A stretch of 64,000 nt of DNA from an uncultured virus (IMG/VR IMGVR_UViG_3300037961_001397) (IMGVR_UViG_3300037961_001397), one strand, 5' to 3'. Counted from the stretch's first letter, positions 37,501-48,593 are shown. Notes: generated by a model from the letters alone, not told the origin. A program made the numbers and translations.

Positions 37501-40500
37501 CAATATGGTCAATTAGATGGTATAAAGCAAATACAAATGCGTGGTTGTGTTGAGTTATTAGATCCAGAAAAACCTAATGAATTTTTATATAGCTCAAAAC
37601 CTATTTTTGCTGGTGATGCATTTATAAATAGATATACAGAAAAGTGTATCATGCCTATATTTACAGATTTCTTAAATGGTCAACCAGATGGTTTTTCATA
37701 TGACTATAGTTTATATGTTAATGTACCATATCCTAGATTTTGGTTAGACTCTACTAAATTTGATATTAGTGGTATAGCAAGAGAAATAGCAACATTAGGA
37801 TTTGCATCTGGATCATGGAGAGATAAATTACCAACTGGTAAATACTATTTAGATAGAGGGTTTGGTAACTGTCAAGAAGGTAGTTTAATTGGTAGTTTAT
37901 TTGGAGGAGGTAATGATCTAAATCCAGCCTATAATATGGAGTTTGCATATATGTATACTCACATAAATGGCGTTAATGAATTTTTCTGTGAATCAGAAAT
38001 TAATTTAGCAAATAGGGATTATGAAGATAGGCCTGATAGAAGATTCTATGATATATATGAATTTAATGATTTAAATGTATTATTCCATGCAGACAATATT
38101 AAGGCAGATAATTTTTATAAGTATGATGATTCATTAACTCCTGCTAAGTTTCCAACACAGTTGTCATCTTTTGGAAATATTCAAGACCGTGATTATGATC
38201 CTTTAGTAGCAGAAACGTGTTTTGTATCATATCCAAAAAGATTAATTTATTCATTACAAGCACAAGAAGAATCAAAAAGAGATTTTTGGAGAGTATTCTT
38301 AAATAATAATTATAAAGACTTTAAAAATGAGGTAAGTGTAATTAAGCCTATAAACAAAAGTGGGGCATTAATATTTTTCCCATTCTTGTCACCTCAAATG
38401 TTCCAAGGTTTAGATACTCTTAAAACAGGATTAGATACTAAGTTAACTATAGGAGATGGAGGATTATTTAGTCAACCTTTCCAAAATGTAGCAAATGCTG
38501 ATGTATCAAATGAGTATGGCTCATGTGAAAGTTTAAGAGGAGTTATAAATACACCAGTAGGATTATTCTTTATATCACAAGCACAAGGAAAAATATTCCA
38601 GTATGGTGGTAAAGGTTTAGAGCCAATATCAAATGCTGGTATGAAATGGTGGTTTGCAAAATACTTACCATCAAGATTTATAAAACAATTCCCTGAGTCA
38701 GAGGATTCAGTATGGACAGATAATCCAGTTCATGGTGTAGGTTGCCAAGTCATGTATGATTCTGTAGATGATACGGTCTACTTTATGAAGAAGGATTATC
38801 AACTTAAACCAGCATATGTAGCAGATGCACAATTTACAGATAGTTTAAGTAAACCTGTAAGAATAAAAAATAAAGCAGGTTTTTATATTAGTGTTGATAT
38901 AGGTGATCCATTATTCTTTGATGATTGTTCATGGACTTGTAGTTATGATCCAAAATCAAAAGCTTGGATATCATTCCATGATTGGCATCCTGAACTAGCT
39001 TTACCAAGTATTAATCACTTCTTTACTACAAAGACAACAACTACAACGACACCTCAGTGCCCTCCCGGATACAACTTTAATGCAGCTACAGGACTTTGTG
39101 AGATTGGTGTTAATACTACTGAGCCAGCAACAATAACTGTAGAGAATATAGCATCTACTGTTACTGGTGGTCCTGTTGGTTGTTTAGTTGATGTTGTAAT
39201 TTCAATGGATGTATCAGGTAGTACAAATCAAAGTGGTAGAAGAGCAGCTCAACAAAGTTGGATGACAGCATTTTTAAATGATCCACAGATAGTCACTTTA
39301 ATGAATAATAGCCAAATGCAAATTGGATTTGCTAGTTGGGATAGTGGTGCTAATACTTTTAATATACCTAATGGAGGTAGTACTGTTACAATGAGTCATA
39401 CTGTAACTGAGGCACAAGCTACAGCCTTTTTTAACTCTAACTGGACTGGTCTTGGTACTAATGTTCTACTAGGATTACAAACAGGTAATNNNNNNNNNNC
39501 TTACTAATACAGCTAATTCTACATTGGGTGATAGAACAGCAGATCCTAATTATAGAGCTATAATGATTCTTGTTACAGATACAACTTCAGCAACAGGATC
39601 TAATGCCGGTGCTCCTTATACTTCTGTAGGGGCTGGTACTGCACCTTCATATCAGTTTGTTTATGCAATGTATTGTGGAGCTAATAGCCCTATTCCACCA
39701 GATCCTGATGTATTAGATAATATATCTATGTCAAGTGGTCCTGTAAATGTTGACCCATTCCAATATGGTATAGATGCATCAGATCCATCAACATTCCAAG
39801 CTGTAGCAACAGCTATTGCAGGAGCTGTGTGTGGCACAGAGTTTGAATGTGACTGTCCTGCAGGTTATACAAAAGTATTTTATGATCCTGCTACAAGTTC
39901 ATATACTGCAAGCACTGGTGTATGTGATAATATTACACCACCAATATGTAGAAAAGTAACGTGTGAGTGCCCGCCTCCACCTGTAAGTGGGGCAACTACA
40001 ACAGCAATTGGTACATGTCCTGACTCAGCACCAGAGATTTATCAAATGGTAGATGCAAGTGCACCACAGGCAGATCCAAGATTATGTAATTTTTATTTCT
40101 TTGATAGTATTACCCCTAACTATAATGTTGGTGGATTCTGGAGACATAATGTAAGATGTGATAAGTTTGCTAATTACTATAATGAAGACTATCCGTGGGA
40201 AATTGATTTAATTTCAAATACTGGACAAGCTGTAAACACAGTTAGAAGTTTTGAGTATCAATTAGAAACATATGTATATAAAGGAGATCCTCAATATAAT
40301 ATGTGTGGTGGTGATAAATGGGAGGATTTAGATTATAACTTTGATGTTGCTATTGTTTATAATAATGATCAAGTATCAGGGTTATTGAGTTTAACACCTC
40401 AGCCTTTTAATGATCCTTGGGGTGAATTAAATTACCCACAAATAAATGCAAATAGCATTGATATAATAGCTTCTAAAGTTGAACATAAGTTTAGATTTAA

Positions 40501-40747
40501 TCAGTTCTGGGATATTACAAATGATAGAGGTGAGTTTACTAATGTTGAGCAATCTATATTTGATACAGAATGCAATGGTTATATAAGACCACTAAATACA
40601 CTTAACTTAAATTACAATAAACCACCTACACAAAGAAAGAAGTTTAGACATTACTCTAATCATGTAATACTAAGAAGAAATGTGTCAGGTAACAGAAAGA
40701 TGTTACTAAGATTAAACAATACTAAATTATTACTATCTCAAAGATAA
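34594..40747 (+). CDS. Tail stabilization/muzzle protein (P22 gp10-like) with inserted vWA domain; split by N-gap 39490-39499
   Basis: N-terminal 'NSF.KGMNKD' and 'WT.SYDP....W.SFHDW.P' motifs. After the gap the frame is open from 39500 into the 39524..40747 ORF, and the vWA motifs straddle the gap. Confidence 0.75.
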
Positions 40748-43530
40748 TGAAGAAGAAGTTTGAAAATATGGAAAGAAGAGGATTACCAGGTGGACCTAAT
40801 GAGATGTTCAGCTATGTTACTGGTGTATTTTCAACAGAAGGTTATAAATCAGATAGTCCTGATAAAAACAATCCGGCAAATCTTATTGCGTCAGGAAGTA
40901 TTACAATGGAAAATGTTGAGTTTCCTGTTCTTGGTATGGACAATCTTGGTAACTCTAAAATGATGATGCCGGGTAATAATTATCAATTTCCAGGAGACAT
41001 GGTGTTAGAAATACCAATGGCACAAAAAGGAAAATCAATTGATGATCAAGCACAAAGAAAGTATTTAACAGATTGGTTAAAAGCAAGAAAAGCAACAGGA
41101 AGATTTGATGATCAACTTAATGAAAAAGAATTAAATGAATATATTAAAAATATTGAAACTGTTCAACAATTAACAAAAGATGAATTTCAAACTATGTTTC
41201 CTGAGTCAGTTTCTAATTTTGATATGATAGGTTCTTTTAATAGTCCATCTGGTCAATATGTATTTGATACGGATGAGATTGGTAAAGACAATCCTAAAAC
41301 ACATCATTATCATGCTGAGCCTAGTTTTCTAACAAGATTTACAAATATGTTTGATGGTCTAGATAGTGTAAATTCTACCAAAATACATGAGCTAACACAT
41401 GCTATGACAAGATCAAAAGGTAGTGGAGCACTAAGAAAAAAATTTCCTGATGCAGGTTTTGTAGACTACCCTATAGAACAAGCAATAAGAAATATACCTA
41501 TAGGTTTTGGGGACTATTATGATGACCCAAGTATATTTGATAGCTATGAAGGAGATCCTGAAGAAATTTTAGCACAGCTTATGCAATACCGTTATAACTT
41601 TAATGTAGATCCAAATAGAATTTTTACAAAAGATGACATTAAAGAAGTGATGGATAATGTAAAGAAGCAAGGGGATTCAGGCATATTTGGCCTTGACATT
41701 TTTACACCAGAAAATATTATAAGATTATTAAATGAAGTTGCAGCAGTAGATTCTAAAGATACTAATACTAGGTTGGCACAAAAAGGTGGATCAGTTAGCT
41801 GGCAATGGAAAGGTAAAACTTATTCAGGCACACTTATTCCTAGTATGGAAGATGAAAAGAATAGATATGCTAGAACTAAGAATGGTAAAATTAAAACATT
41901 ACCAAAAGCACAAGAAGGTTCTGAGAATAATACACTAAGCAGAAGAGATCTTATACGTTTAATACAGGAGCAAAATAGACTTATAGAAGAAGAAAAAGAA
42001 AGAGTTTCTAATGTAAGAGCTAATATTATTCCTACAGCACAGAGAATAGATGAAGCAGATGACCCAATACCATTTAGTGAGTTCTATGGTGTTGAAGGAG
42101 CAAGCAACAAGGAAGAGCTTGATGCTGAACTTGCAAAGCTATCACCAGAAATAAGAGCAGTATTACCAAAGAATAGAGATGGTAGTATATATAATCCAGC
42201 ACAACTTACATTTCAAGAAGATGGATCATTTGGAGTATTAGAAGCTGATGATCAATTATACTGTACACCATTTGGATGTTTTGCTTATCAAGAAGCAGGA
42301 GCAACGGATGTACCTTTATTAGCAGGTAACTATACTTTTGTAGATAGAGCAAAAAAAGGAACTATACCTTTTGAAAAAGTATCTCCAGAAGATGCTGAAG
42401 CAGGTGATATGGCTATATTATATGCAGATGCACCTAGACAATATAGAGGTAAAGGTAGTGATGAAACTGTTTATAGACCCCATCATACAACTATTTTGTC
42501 TGATAAAGGTGAAGATGAATATGGTCCATATATGAAAGCTTATAATGCTATAGGTGGAAATGTATTTAATTTTAGTGAATCTGATATAGATTTAAATGAA
42601 GAAACACCAGAGTTCTATAGATACGTTGGACAAATGCCTAGTTTGAAAAAAAGACAACAAGAATTAATAAAACAATTTTCAGAACTACCACCTGAAGTAT
42701 CTGTTTTATCAATAGAACCACAAAGCATTGCAGATTTGTCAGTACCTGTTGATAACTTGTATGTAGATTTACCAACAAGAGTTACCGTCCCTGAGTCAAA
42801 TCAAGAACAAAAAGGATTTTTTGGTAAATTATTTGGGAAAAAACAGCTTGCTGGTGAAATATCTGGTGATCTATTATTAAGACAAGTATTTGCTGAATCA
42901 AGTTTAGATCCTAATGCTGTATCACCAGCAGGTGCAAGAGGTATAGCACAATTTATGCCTAATACAGAAAAAGAACTTCAAAGATTAAATCTTGTTACCA
43001 ATGAGTTTGATCCTTTAGATCCATCACAAGCAAGAAATGCACAAGAAGCATATATGAATTATTTAAGTGAAAGACCATATCTAGCTAAAGGAAGTCCAGA
43101 AGTTCAGCTAGCAAAAGTTTTATATGCTTACAATAGAGGTCCTAATGCTGCTAAAAGGAACTTATCACAACTAAAAAATAGTTATGATATATATAATAGT
43201 CTTGATTGGTTAGAAGGTATTAACTCTGAGTCAAGAAATTATATAAATAAAATACTTGGGAAAGATGAAAAGTTTTCTAGAGAATATGAAAATATACTTC
43301 TTGATTCTACCAAATCTGATATAGTTAAGTTATATAAAAAGTTTGGTGGTGATGTTGATCTAAAAAGAATATATAAAAACTTCTTAGATGGTATCTATGA
43401 TGGCACAGGTAATGAAAAAAGAGCCAAGGATATATATGATAAGTTAAACAGAATGTATTATAGAGAAGCTAAATCAGCTGGAATGAGCATGCCTAATTAT
43501 GTAATGACTTACATAATTGGAAATTCTTAA
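40747..43530 (+). CDS. Multi-domain virion cargo protein: HExxH metallopeptidase, NlpC/P60-like region and SLT lytic transglycosylase
   Basis: HELTH at 41386-41400 with downstream 'PEE'; 'YC...AG...GD....HHT'; SLT motifs 'AESSLDPNAVSPAGARGIAQFMP', 'AYNRG' and 'ESRNYI'. Confidence 0.75.
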   Translation: MKKKFENMERRGLPGGPNEMFSYVTGVFSTEGYKSDSPDKNNPANLIASGSITMENVEFPVLGMDNLGNSKMMMPGNNYQFPGDMVLEIPMAQKGKSIDDQAQRKYLTDWLKARKATGRFDDQLNEKELNEYIKNIETVQQLTKDEFQTMFPESVSNFDMIGSFNSPSGQYVFDTDEIGKDNPKTHHYHAEPSFLTRFTNMFDGLDSVNSTKIHELTHAMTRSKGSGALRKKFPDAGFVDYPIEQAIRNIPIGFGDYYDDPSIFDSYEGDPEEILAQLMQYRYNFNVDPNRIFTKDDIKEVMDNVKKQGDSGIFGLDIFTPENIIRLLNEVAAVDSKDTNTRLAQKGGSVSWQWKGKTYSGTLIPSMEDEKNRYARTKNGKIKTLPKAQEGSENNTLSRRDLIRLIQEQNRLIEEEKERVSNVRANIIPTAQRIDEADDPIPFSEFYGVEGASNKEELDAELAKLSPEIRAVLPKNRDGSIYNPAQLTFQEDGSFGVLEADDQLYCTPFGCFAYQEAGATDVPLLAGNYTFVDRAKKGTIPFEKVSPEDAEAGDMAILYADAPRQYRGKGSDETVYRPHHTTILSDKGEDEYGPYMKAYNAIGGNVFNFSESDIDLNEETPEFYRYVGQMPSLKKRQQELIKQFSELPPEVSVLSIEPQSIADLSVPVDNLYVDLPTRVTVPESNQEQKGFFGKLFGKKQLAGEISGDLLLRQVFAESSLDPNAVSPAGARGIAQFMPNTEKELQRLNLVTNEFDPLDPSQARNAQEAYMNYLSERPYLAKGSPEVQLAKVLYAYNRGPNAAKRNLSQLKNSYDIYNSLDWLEGINSESRNYINKILGKDEKFSREYENILLDSTKSDIVKLYKKFGGDVDLKRIYKNFLDGIYDGTGNEKRAKDIYDKLNRMYYREAKSAGMSMPNYVMTYIIGNS

Positions 43531-43581
43531 ACCCTAAAGATTAGTGAATCTCCTTAATTATTTGTATATTAATAATATAAT

Positions 43582-45699
43582 ATGAGTAAAGTGAATCTAA
43601 ACAAAATAAGTTTAAAACAAGACGGTGGAGGTATGATGCAACAACCTGCACAACAAGTTGATCCAGCTCTTAAACAGATTGGATCATTCTTCACTACGGC
43701 TGTACAACAAGGTCAACAGCCAGAACAAGTTGTTATGTCTTTGATGCAGCAAGAAGTTGATCAACAAACTATTGCTCAAGCTCTTATGCTTGTTGGTTAT
43801 CAAGAAAAACAACTTACTCAATTATTTAACAATATTGCAGATATGCAAGTAAAAGAAAATCAGCCTGCATCAGCTGAAGAAATTACTTCTAATCCACAGG
43901 AACTTGCTAGAGCTGAAGAGATAGAAGATGAGTCTATGGGTTTACCTTTATTAGATGAGATAGATCCTATGGCTAAGTCTGGTATTGAAATTAAACCAGA
44001 GAACAAAGGTAAGTTTACAAGATGGGCTAAGTCACGTGGTATGACTGTTAAAGAAGCATACAGAAAGGTTTTAGCAAATAAGGATAGGTATCCTACATCC
44101 GTTGTAAAGATGGCTAATTTTGCACGTAATGCAGCTGGTTGGGATAAAGGTAAAAAAGCACAGACTGGTCAAGAAATGCTTGATGCAGCAAATGAGTTTG
44201 CTAATGTAGCTAACTCAAGAATTGTTGATCAAGATAATGTTATCCTTGCAGGTAATGCACCTAAACAACAAGATGAAGGATTTATCCAACCAGGTCCATT
44301 TTATGTAGATCCTAATGCGTTTAAAGTTGGTAACAATTTTAGTTTAGGTAAAGCAGCTAATGTACTTCTTGAGGGTTATGAAGATATGTTTAGTGGTAAA
44401 GATAAAGATGGTGATGGATTAAAGGATGGCTCATTTAGAGATTGGGCAGGTAAAGCAGCACGTAATAAAGCTAATAAATATGCTAATGCGGATTATACTT
44501 TTAAGTTTGACCTTAGTGATGAAAACTTAGAAAATATAGAAGCATACAGAAATAGTTTAGAAGAAGATGCAACAGTATCTGATGTAGTAGAAGATGCAGG
44601 TATTCAAGTTGATCAAGACTTACTTGAGAAAACAACAGGTGCAGTTAGTAATTTCTTAGAAAAGAATGTAGAAAATTTATCTGGTGCTGCATTAGAAACA
44701 TATGAAGCTCTTAAAAAGAAACTGCAAGGTAACAGACGTTATGGTGGAGAAGAATTACCACAAGCATTATTTGGTTTTAGTAAAAGAGGTAGACAAGCTA
44801 AACAAAAAATAAAAGAAGATCCTATAGCATTTGCAAGACTAATGGCAGGAGATGTTTCAGCAATACCAGGAATGATGGCTAAGGTTGGTGTTGAATTACC
44901 TAGAGCTCAATTTGCTGGTCAGCCTGGTTTTATGGACTTTAATCCATATGATCCAAATTTTAATATGGGTGATTATTTACAACAGTTTACTCAGACTGAT
45001 TATCAAAGAGACATGAACACTATTATACCTCCAGCACAACAAAGATCTGCAAGTTCAGATGTTGTAGATGATAGTACAGTAGAACAAGAAGGACCAAGTA
45101 GTGAAGAACTGTTTGCTAGGATAAATCAACCAACTGTTGATATTAATACAGGCGGTGTAGGTGGATTTTTAGATAGACTTAAAAATAGTAATGTAGCTAG
45201 AGCTTTTGGAGATGTATCTAATTTTGCAGTAAAAGCAGCTGATGTTGTAAATGATTTTTTTGAAGATGAAAAAATAGCAAAAGCAAAAATAGATTTAAGA
45301 AATTCAATGGTTGCTGATAATATTTATGGTACAAAAACAGACCCATTTAATTCTAGAGGTACATTTGATATTAATAGTGGATTGATGGGAAGTGAAGGAG
45401 ATGCAACAACTGGTCTTTATCTAACTAAGGAAGGAAAAGAACTTCCAGCAAGTGTAGATAATCCAGGATTCAGAGCATTACCCCCAAGTGCTCAGAAAAA
45501 TATCTTAGATAATATGCCTAAGAAAAAATATGGTGGACCAAAAGGAGAGGACGCTTATCTTGCTAGAAGAGATGCTGCTATAAAAGCTTCTATAGCACAA
45601 CAAAAAGCAATGATGGGCGGAGAAAAAAACATTGTTAACGTAGACTCAGACATGTTAGCTAAACTTATAGCTGCTGGTGCTGATATTGAAATGTTATAA
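43582..45699 (+). CDS. Modular putative virion cargo protein
   Basis: 705 aa with Q-rich segments and a basic module 'IEIKPENKGKFT...KMANFARNA..W', plus repeated xxGG linkers. Confidence 0.6.
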   Translation: MSKVNLNKISLKQDGGGMMQQPAQQVDPALKQIGSFFTTAVQQGQQPEQVVMSLMQQEVDQQTIAQALMLVGYQEKQLTQLFNNIADMQVKENQPASAEEITSNPQELARAEEIEDESMGLPLLDEIDPMAKSGIEIKPENKGKFTRWAKSRGMTVKEAYRKVLANKDRYPTSVVKMANFARNAAGWDKGKKAQTGQEMLDAANEFANVANSRIVDQDNVILAGNAPKQQDEGFIQPGPFYVDPNAFKVGNNFSLGKAANVLLEGYEDMFSGKDKDGDGLKDGSFRDWAGKAARNKANKYANADYTFKFDLSDENLENIEAYRNSLEEDATVSDVVEDAGIQVDQDLLEKTTGAVSNFLEKNVENLSGAALETYEALKKKLQGNRRYGGEELPQALFGFSKRGRQAKQKIKEDPIAFARLMAGDVSAIPGMMAKVGVELPRAQFAGQPGFMDFNPYDPNFNMGDYLQQFTQTDYQRDMNTIIPPAQQRSASSDVVDDSTVEQEGPSSEELFARINQPTVDINTGGVGGFLDRLKNSNVARAFGDVSNFAVKAADVVNDFFEDEKIAKAKIDLRNSMVADNIYGTKTDPFNSRGTFDINSGLMGSEGDATTGLYLTKEGKELPASVDNPGFRALPPSAQKNILDNMPKKKYGGPKGEDAYLARRDAAIKASIAQQKAMMGGEKNIVNVDSDMLAKLIAAGADIEML

Positions 45700-45701
45700 T
45701 T

Positions 45702-48569
45702 ATGGCAAAAATTAAAATAAATAAATTACCAAAAGGTTTCAAGCTTGTTGATGGCAAGGTTGTACAGGAAATGAACTATGGTGGCATGGTTTATACCGGT
45801 GATCAAGCTAATTATGGTTTGGTTACAACTCCTCAAGAATTCTATGGTGAGACAAACTTTAATAATACACGTGATGAAGATGTAAGATATAGTTTGTCTG
45901 CAGTTCCTAGAGATAATGCAAATATAGAAGCAGAAGGTGGAGAAACTGTACTAACAGATCTTAACAATGATGGTATGTTTGGTTTATATAACATAAACGG
46001 ACCAAGACATTCTCAAGGTGGTGTGCCTATGTTTTTGCCAGAACAATCATTTATTTATAGTGATACACCAAAACTTAGATTTACAAAAGAAGAAATGAAA
46101 GAATTTGATATGGGAGGTCAAAGAAAAACTCCTGCACAAATTTCTAAAAAGTTTCAGTTGAATGATTACTATGCAGAATTAGATAGTCAGTATGCAGATA
46201 ACATATCTTCAAGAAGTGCTGAGCTTATGCTTAGAAAAAATATGCAAGATTTATCTAAGTTAGGTTTTATGCAAGAAGCAAAGAAGAACTTTGAAGATGG
46301 TGTACCTTTAGTATCACATCCTTACTTAGTTCAAAATGGTATTGACCCACTACAGTTTACAGCACAAGTTGAGGGAATAACTGAAAGACAAGCTGCAGAG
46401 AATGCTATTTCTCAATTACCACAAGATCAGCAAGATCAATTAAGAATGCTACAACAAATGTTAGTAGCAGCAGAACAACAAGCAAATCAGGCTGCTGAAA
46501 ATACAATGAATACTCCAGCAACTTCTGCAATGCAATCTAATCTTGCACAAGGTGATGATGCACTTATGCAAAGCTTAATGGCTAAAGATGGTATGGAGAT
46601 GAGAGACTTTCTTATGAAAGCTCAAGATGGTAACGCAGAGCAGAGTAATGTAACTAGTACATATACAATAAATGGGCAAATTGTAGATAGAGCTACTTAT
46701 GTTGATTATGCAATTAGAAATAATATGCATAGAGACTTTGATGGAAAACTAGATCAAGACTTTATTGATGGACTTTCTGCAGATGAGATTAAACTTTATG
46801 GTAAAGCTTTTGAAGATATAGATGACTGGGATGTATTTGAGGCTAAAACAAATCCTCTAGTGGGTGATTTAAGTATTAGTGATGAGGTCTTTGCAGAGAG
46901 ATATTCTAATGCATCAAGTTCTGGATCAGATGAAATTGTTGAGGTAGTGCAGAAAAATGAAGAAAAAATTAATCAAGAGATTCAAAAAGAAGCACCAAAA
47001 GAAACAGATAAAATTTTAAGTAGATACCCAGAAGGTAGTGATACACGTAATAAATTAGAAGAATTACAGAATAGTGGTTATGAATTATCTATTGTAGATG
47101 GTAGAGTAAGAGCATACAAACCTTTTGAATCAAGATTCCAAGATGTAGAAGCAGGAGAAAGAAGAGAAGCTCAAGGATCTGGTACAGGATCAGTACCTAT
47201 TTATAGTGAAGATATAGAAGGTCAAGGTCAAGTATTACAAGGATCACCTATTGGTCAATATAGATATGGTATCTTATCAGGTGGTAACAGACCTGAGAAT
47301 CAAGCAGTTACAGGTGAAGGTAGCTTTGGGTCAGCAGAAATAGAAAGTGATGAGGCTAAGGCAGACTTCATGAATAGATGGGGTGATGTTGTAAGTCAAA
47401 TAGAAGGCTTTGATTATAATGCAGGTAGAAGTGATCCACAGTGGTTAGAGTTCCAAAAGCTTGCAGAAAAAACAAGAAAAGAAGAAGCAGAAAAATTTGG
47501 TATCCCTTATGTTCCATACTTTATGGACAGTGAAGATCCAAATTTTGTTAAGGGATCTGGCTTTGACGGTGACTTTGGATTACACACATTTAACACACCT
47601 AGGTTAGATGTTGATTTTAGTTCTGAGGATGAGCAATTCTTTGACATACCAGAGGAACCAGAAGAAATAATACCACCTCAAATAACTCCAGCACCTCTAC
47701 CAGAAAAAGAAATGTTTATACAAGATATAAATAATCTAAATGCTTTAGGGTTTATTGATGATAATTTATATCTACCATTCCAACCTGTAATGGAGGATCA
47801 GAAAATAGACTATGTATTAGATGATTATACTGGTAGAGTAAATGCAAATCTTGCTGCACAAAATACTATGGCACAAGCACTAGGTGCATTTGGACCACAG
47901 GCTATAGCACGTAGTAATATACAAGGTAAAACTTTAGATGCTAATGCTAAAGCTATAAACACAGTAAATCAAAATAATGTTAGAACTATGAATAGGGTAG
48001 CTGCATTACAACCTCAATTAAATATGAGGGTTGATGCTTTTAATAATAAAAGAGCTAAAGATTTATATGATAATACAGTAGTAGCATTACAAAATAAAGA
48101 TAATTTTGACAATTGGAAGACAGCTAAAAATGCAGAACTATTTAATACTGCTATTACAAATGCATCTAATGCATATAACATGAATACTTTGTATGACTAT
48201 TATAATGTAGACCCAAGTGCTGGTGGAGATGTTGTATTTACACCAGGCGGTAGACAATTATATAAGCAAAGCCAAGCAGATGGTAAACAACAAATGCTTA
48301 ATGACTACATTGACCTTAAAAAGAATTTAGGACCGGATGTTGAAATTGATGAAGATTTCTTAAAAATGTATATGGGTATGGGTAGTAATCAAGTTATGCC
48401 TGGTACAACAGCAGGACAGAATGAATTGCAGCAGAGAGGTATACCAGGTTATCCAGGGTCTAATGTTAATATAATGGGTAATAATCAGGGAGATAACGCA
48501 AGAGAAGGTAAAGAAAAAAAATTAAAGAAGTTTGTAGTGCCTTTCTATAGTGGCAAGATGGGTTCATAA
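45702..48569 (+). CDS. Putative virion cargo (ejection) protein
   Basis: 955 aa with the 'NIEAEGGE...GPRHSQGGV...FIYSD' motif typical of crAss-like cargo proteins. Confidence 0.6.
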   Translation: MAKIKINKLPKGFKLVDGKVVQEMNYGGMVYTGDQANYGLVTTPQEFYGETNFNNTRDEDVRYSLSAVPRDNANIEAEGGETVLTDLNNDGMFGLYNINGPRHSQGGVPMFLPEQSFIYSDTPKLRFTKEEMKEFDMGGQRKTPAQISKKFQLNDYYAELDSQYADNISSRSAELMLRKNMQDLSKLGFMQEAKKNFEDGVPLVSHPYLVQNGIDPLQFTAQVEGITERQAAENAISQLPQDQQDQLRMLQQMLVAAEQQANQAAENTMNTPATSAMQSNLAQGDDALMQSLMAKDGMEMRDFLMKAQDGNAEQSNVTSTYTINGQIVDRATYVDYAIRNNMHRDFDGKLDQDFIDGLSADEIKLYGKAFEDIDDWDVFEAKTNPLVGDLSISDEVFAERYSNASSSGSDEIVEVVQKNEEKINQEIQKEAPKETDKILSRYPEGSDTRNKLEELQNSGYELSIVDGRVRAYKPFESRFQDVEAGERREAQGSGTGSVPIYSEDIEGQGQVLQGSPIGQYRYGILSGGNRPENQAVTGEGSFGSAEIESDEAKADFMNRWGDVVSQIEGFDYNAGRSDPQWLEFQKLAEKTRKEEAEKFGIPYVPYFMDSEDPNFVKGSGFDGDFGLHTFNTPRLDVDFSSEDEQFFDIPEEPEEIIPPQITPAPLPEKEMFIQDINNLNALGFIDDNLYLPFQPVMEDQKIDYVLDDYTGRVNANLAAQNTMAQALGAFGPQAIARSNIQGKTLDANAKAINTVNQNNVRTMNRVAALQPQLNMRVDAFNNKRAKDLYDNTVVALQNKDNFDNWKTAKNAELFNTAITNASNAYNMNTLYDYYNVDPSAGGDVVFTPGGRQLYKQSQADGKQQMLNDYIDLKKNLGPDVEIDEDFLKMYMGMGSNQVMPGTTAGQNELQQRGIPGYPGSNVNIMGNNQGDNAREGKEKKLKKFVVPFYSGKMGS

Positions 48570-48593
48570 ACTTAAACAGTTTATTTTGAATCT

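Noticed and set aside
39490..39499. Apparent frameshift or split of the muzzle gene
   Set aside because: It coincides with a 10-N scaffold gap of unknown true length, and the vWA motifs continue across it.
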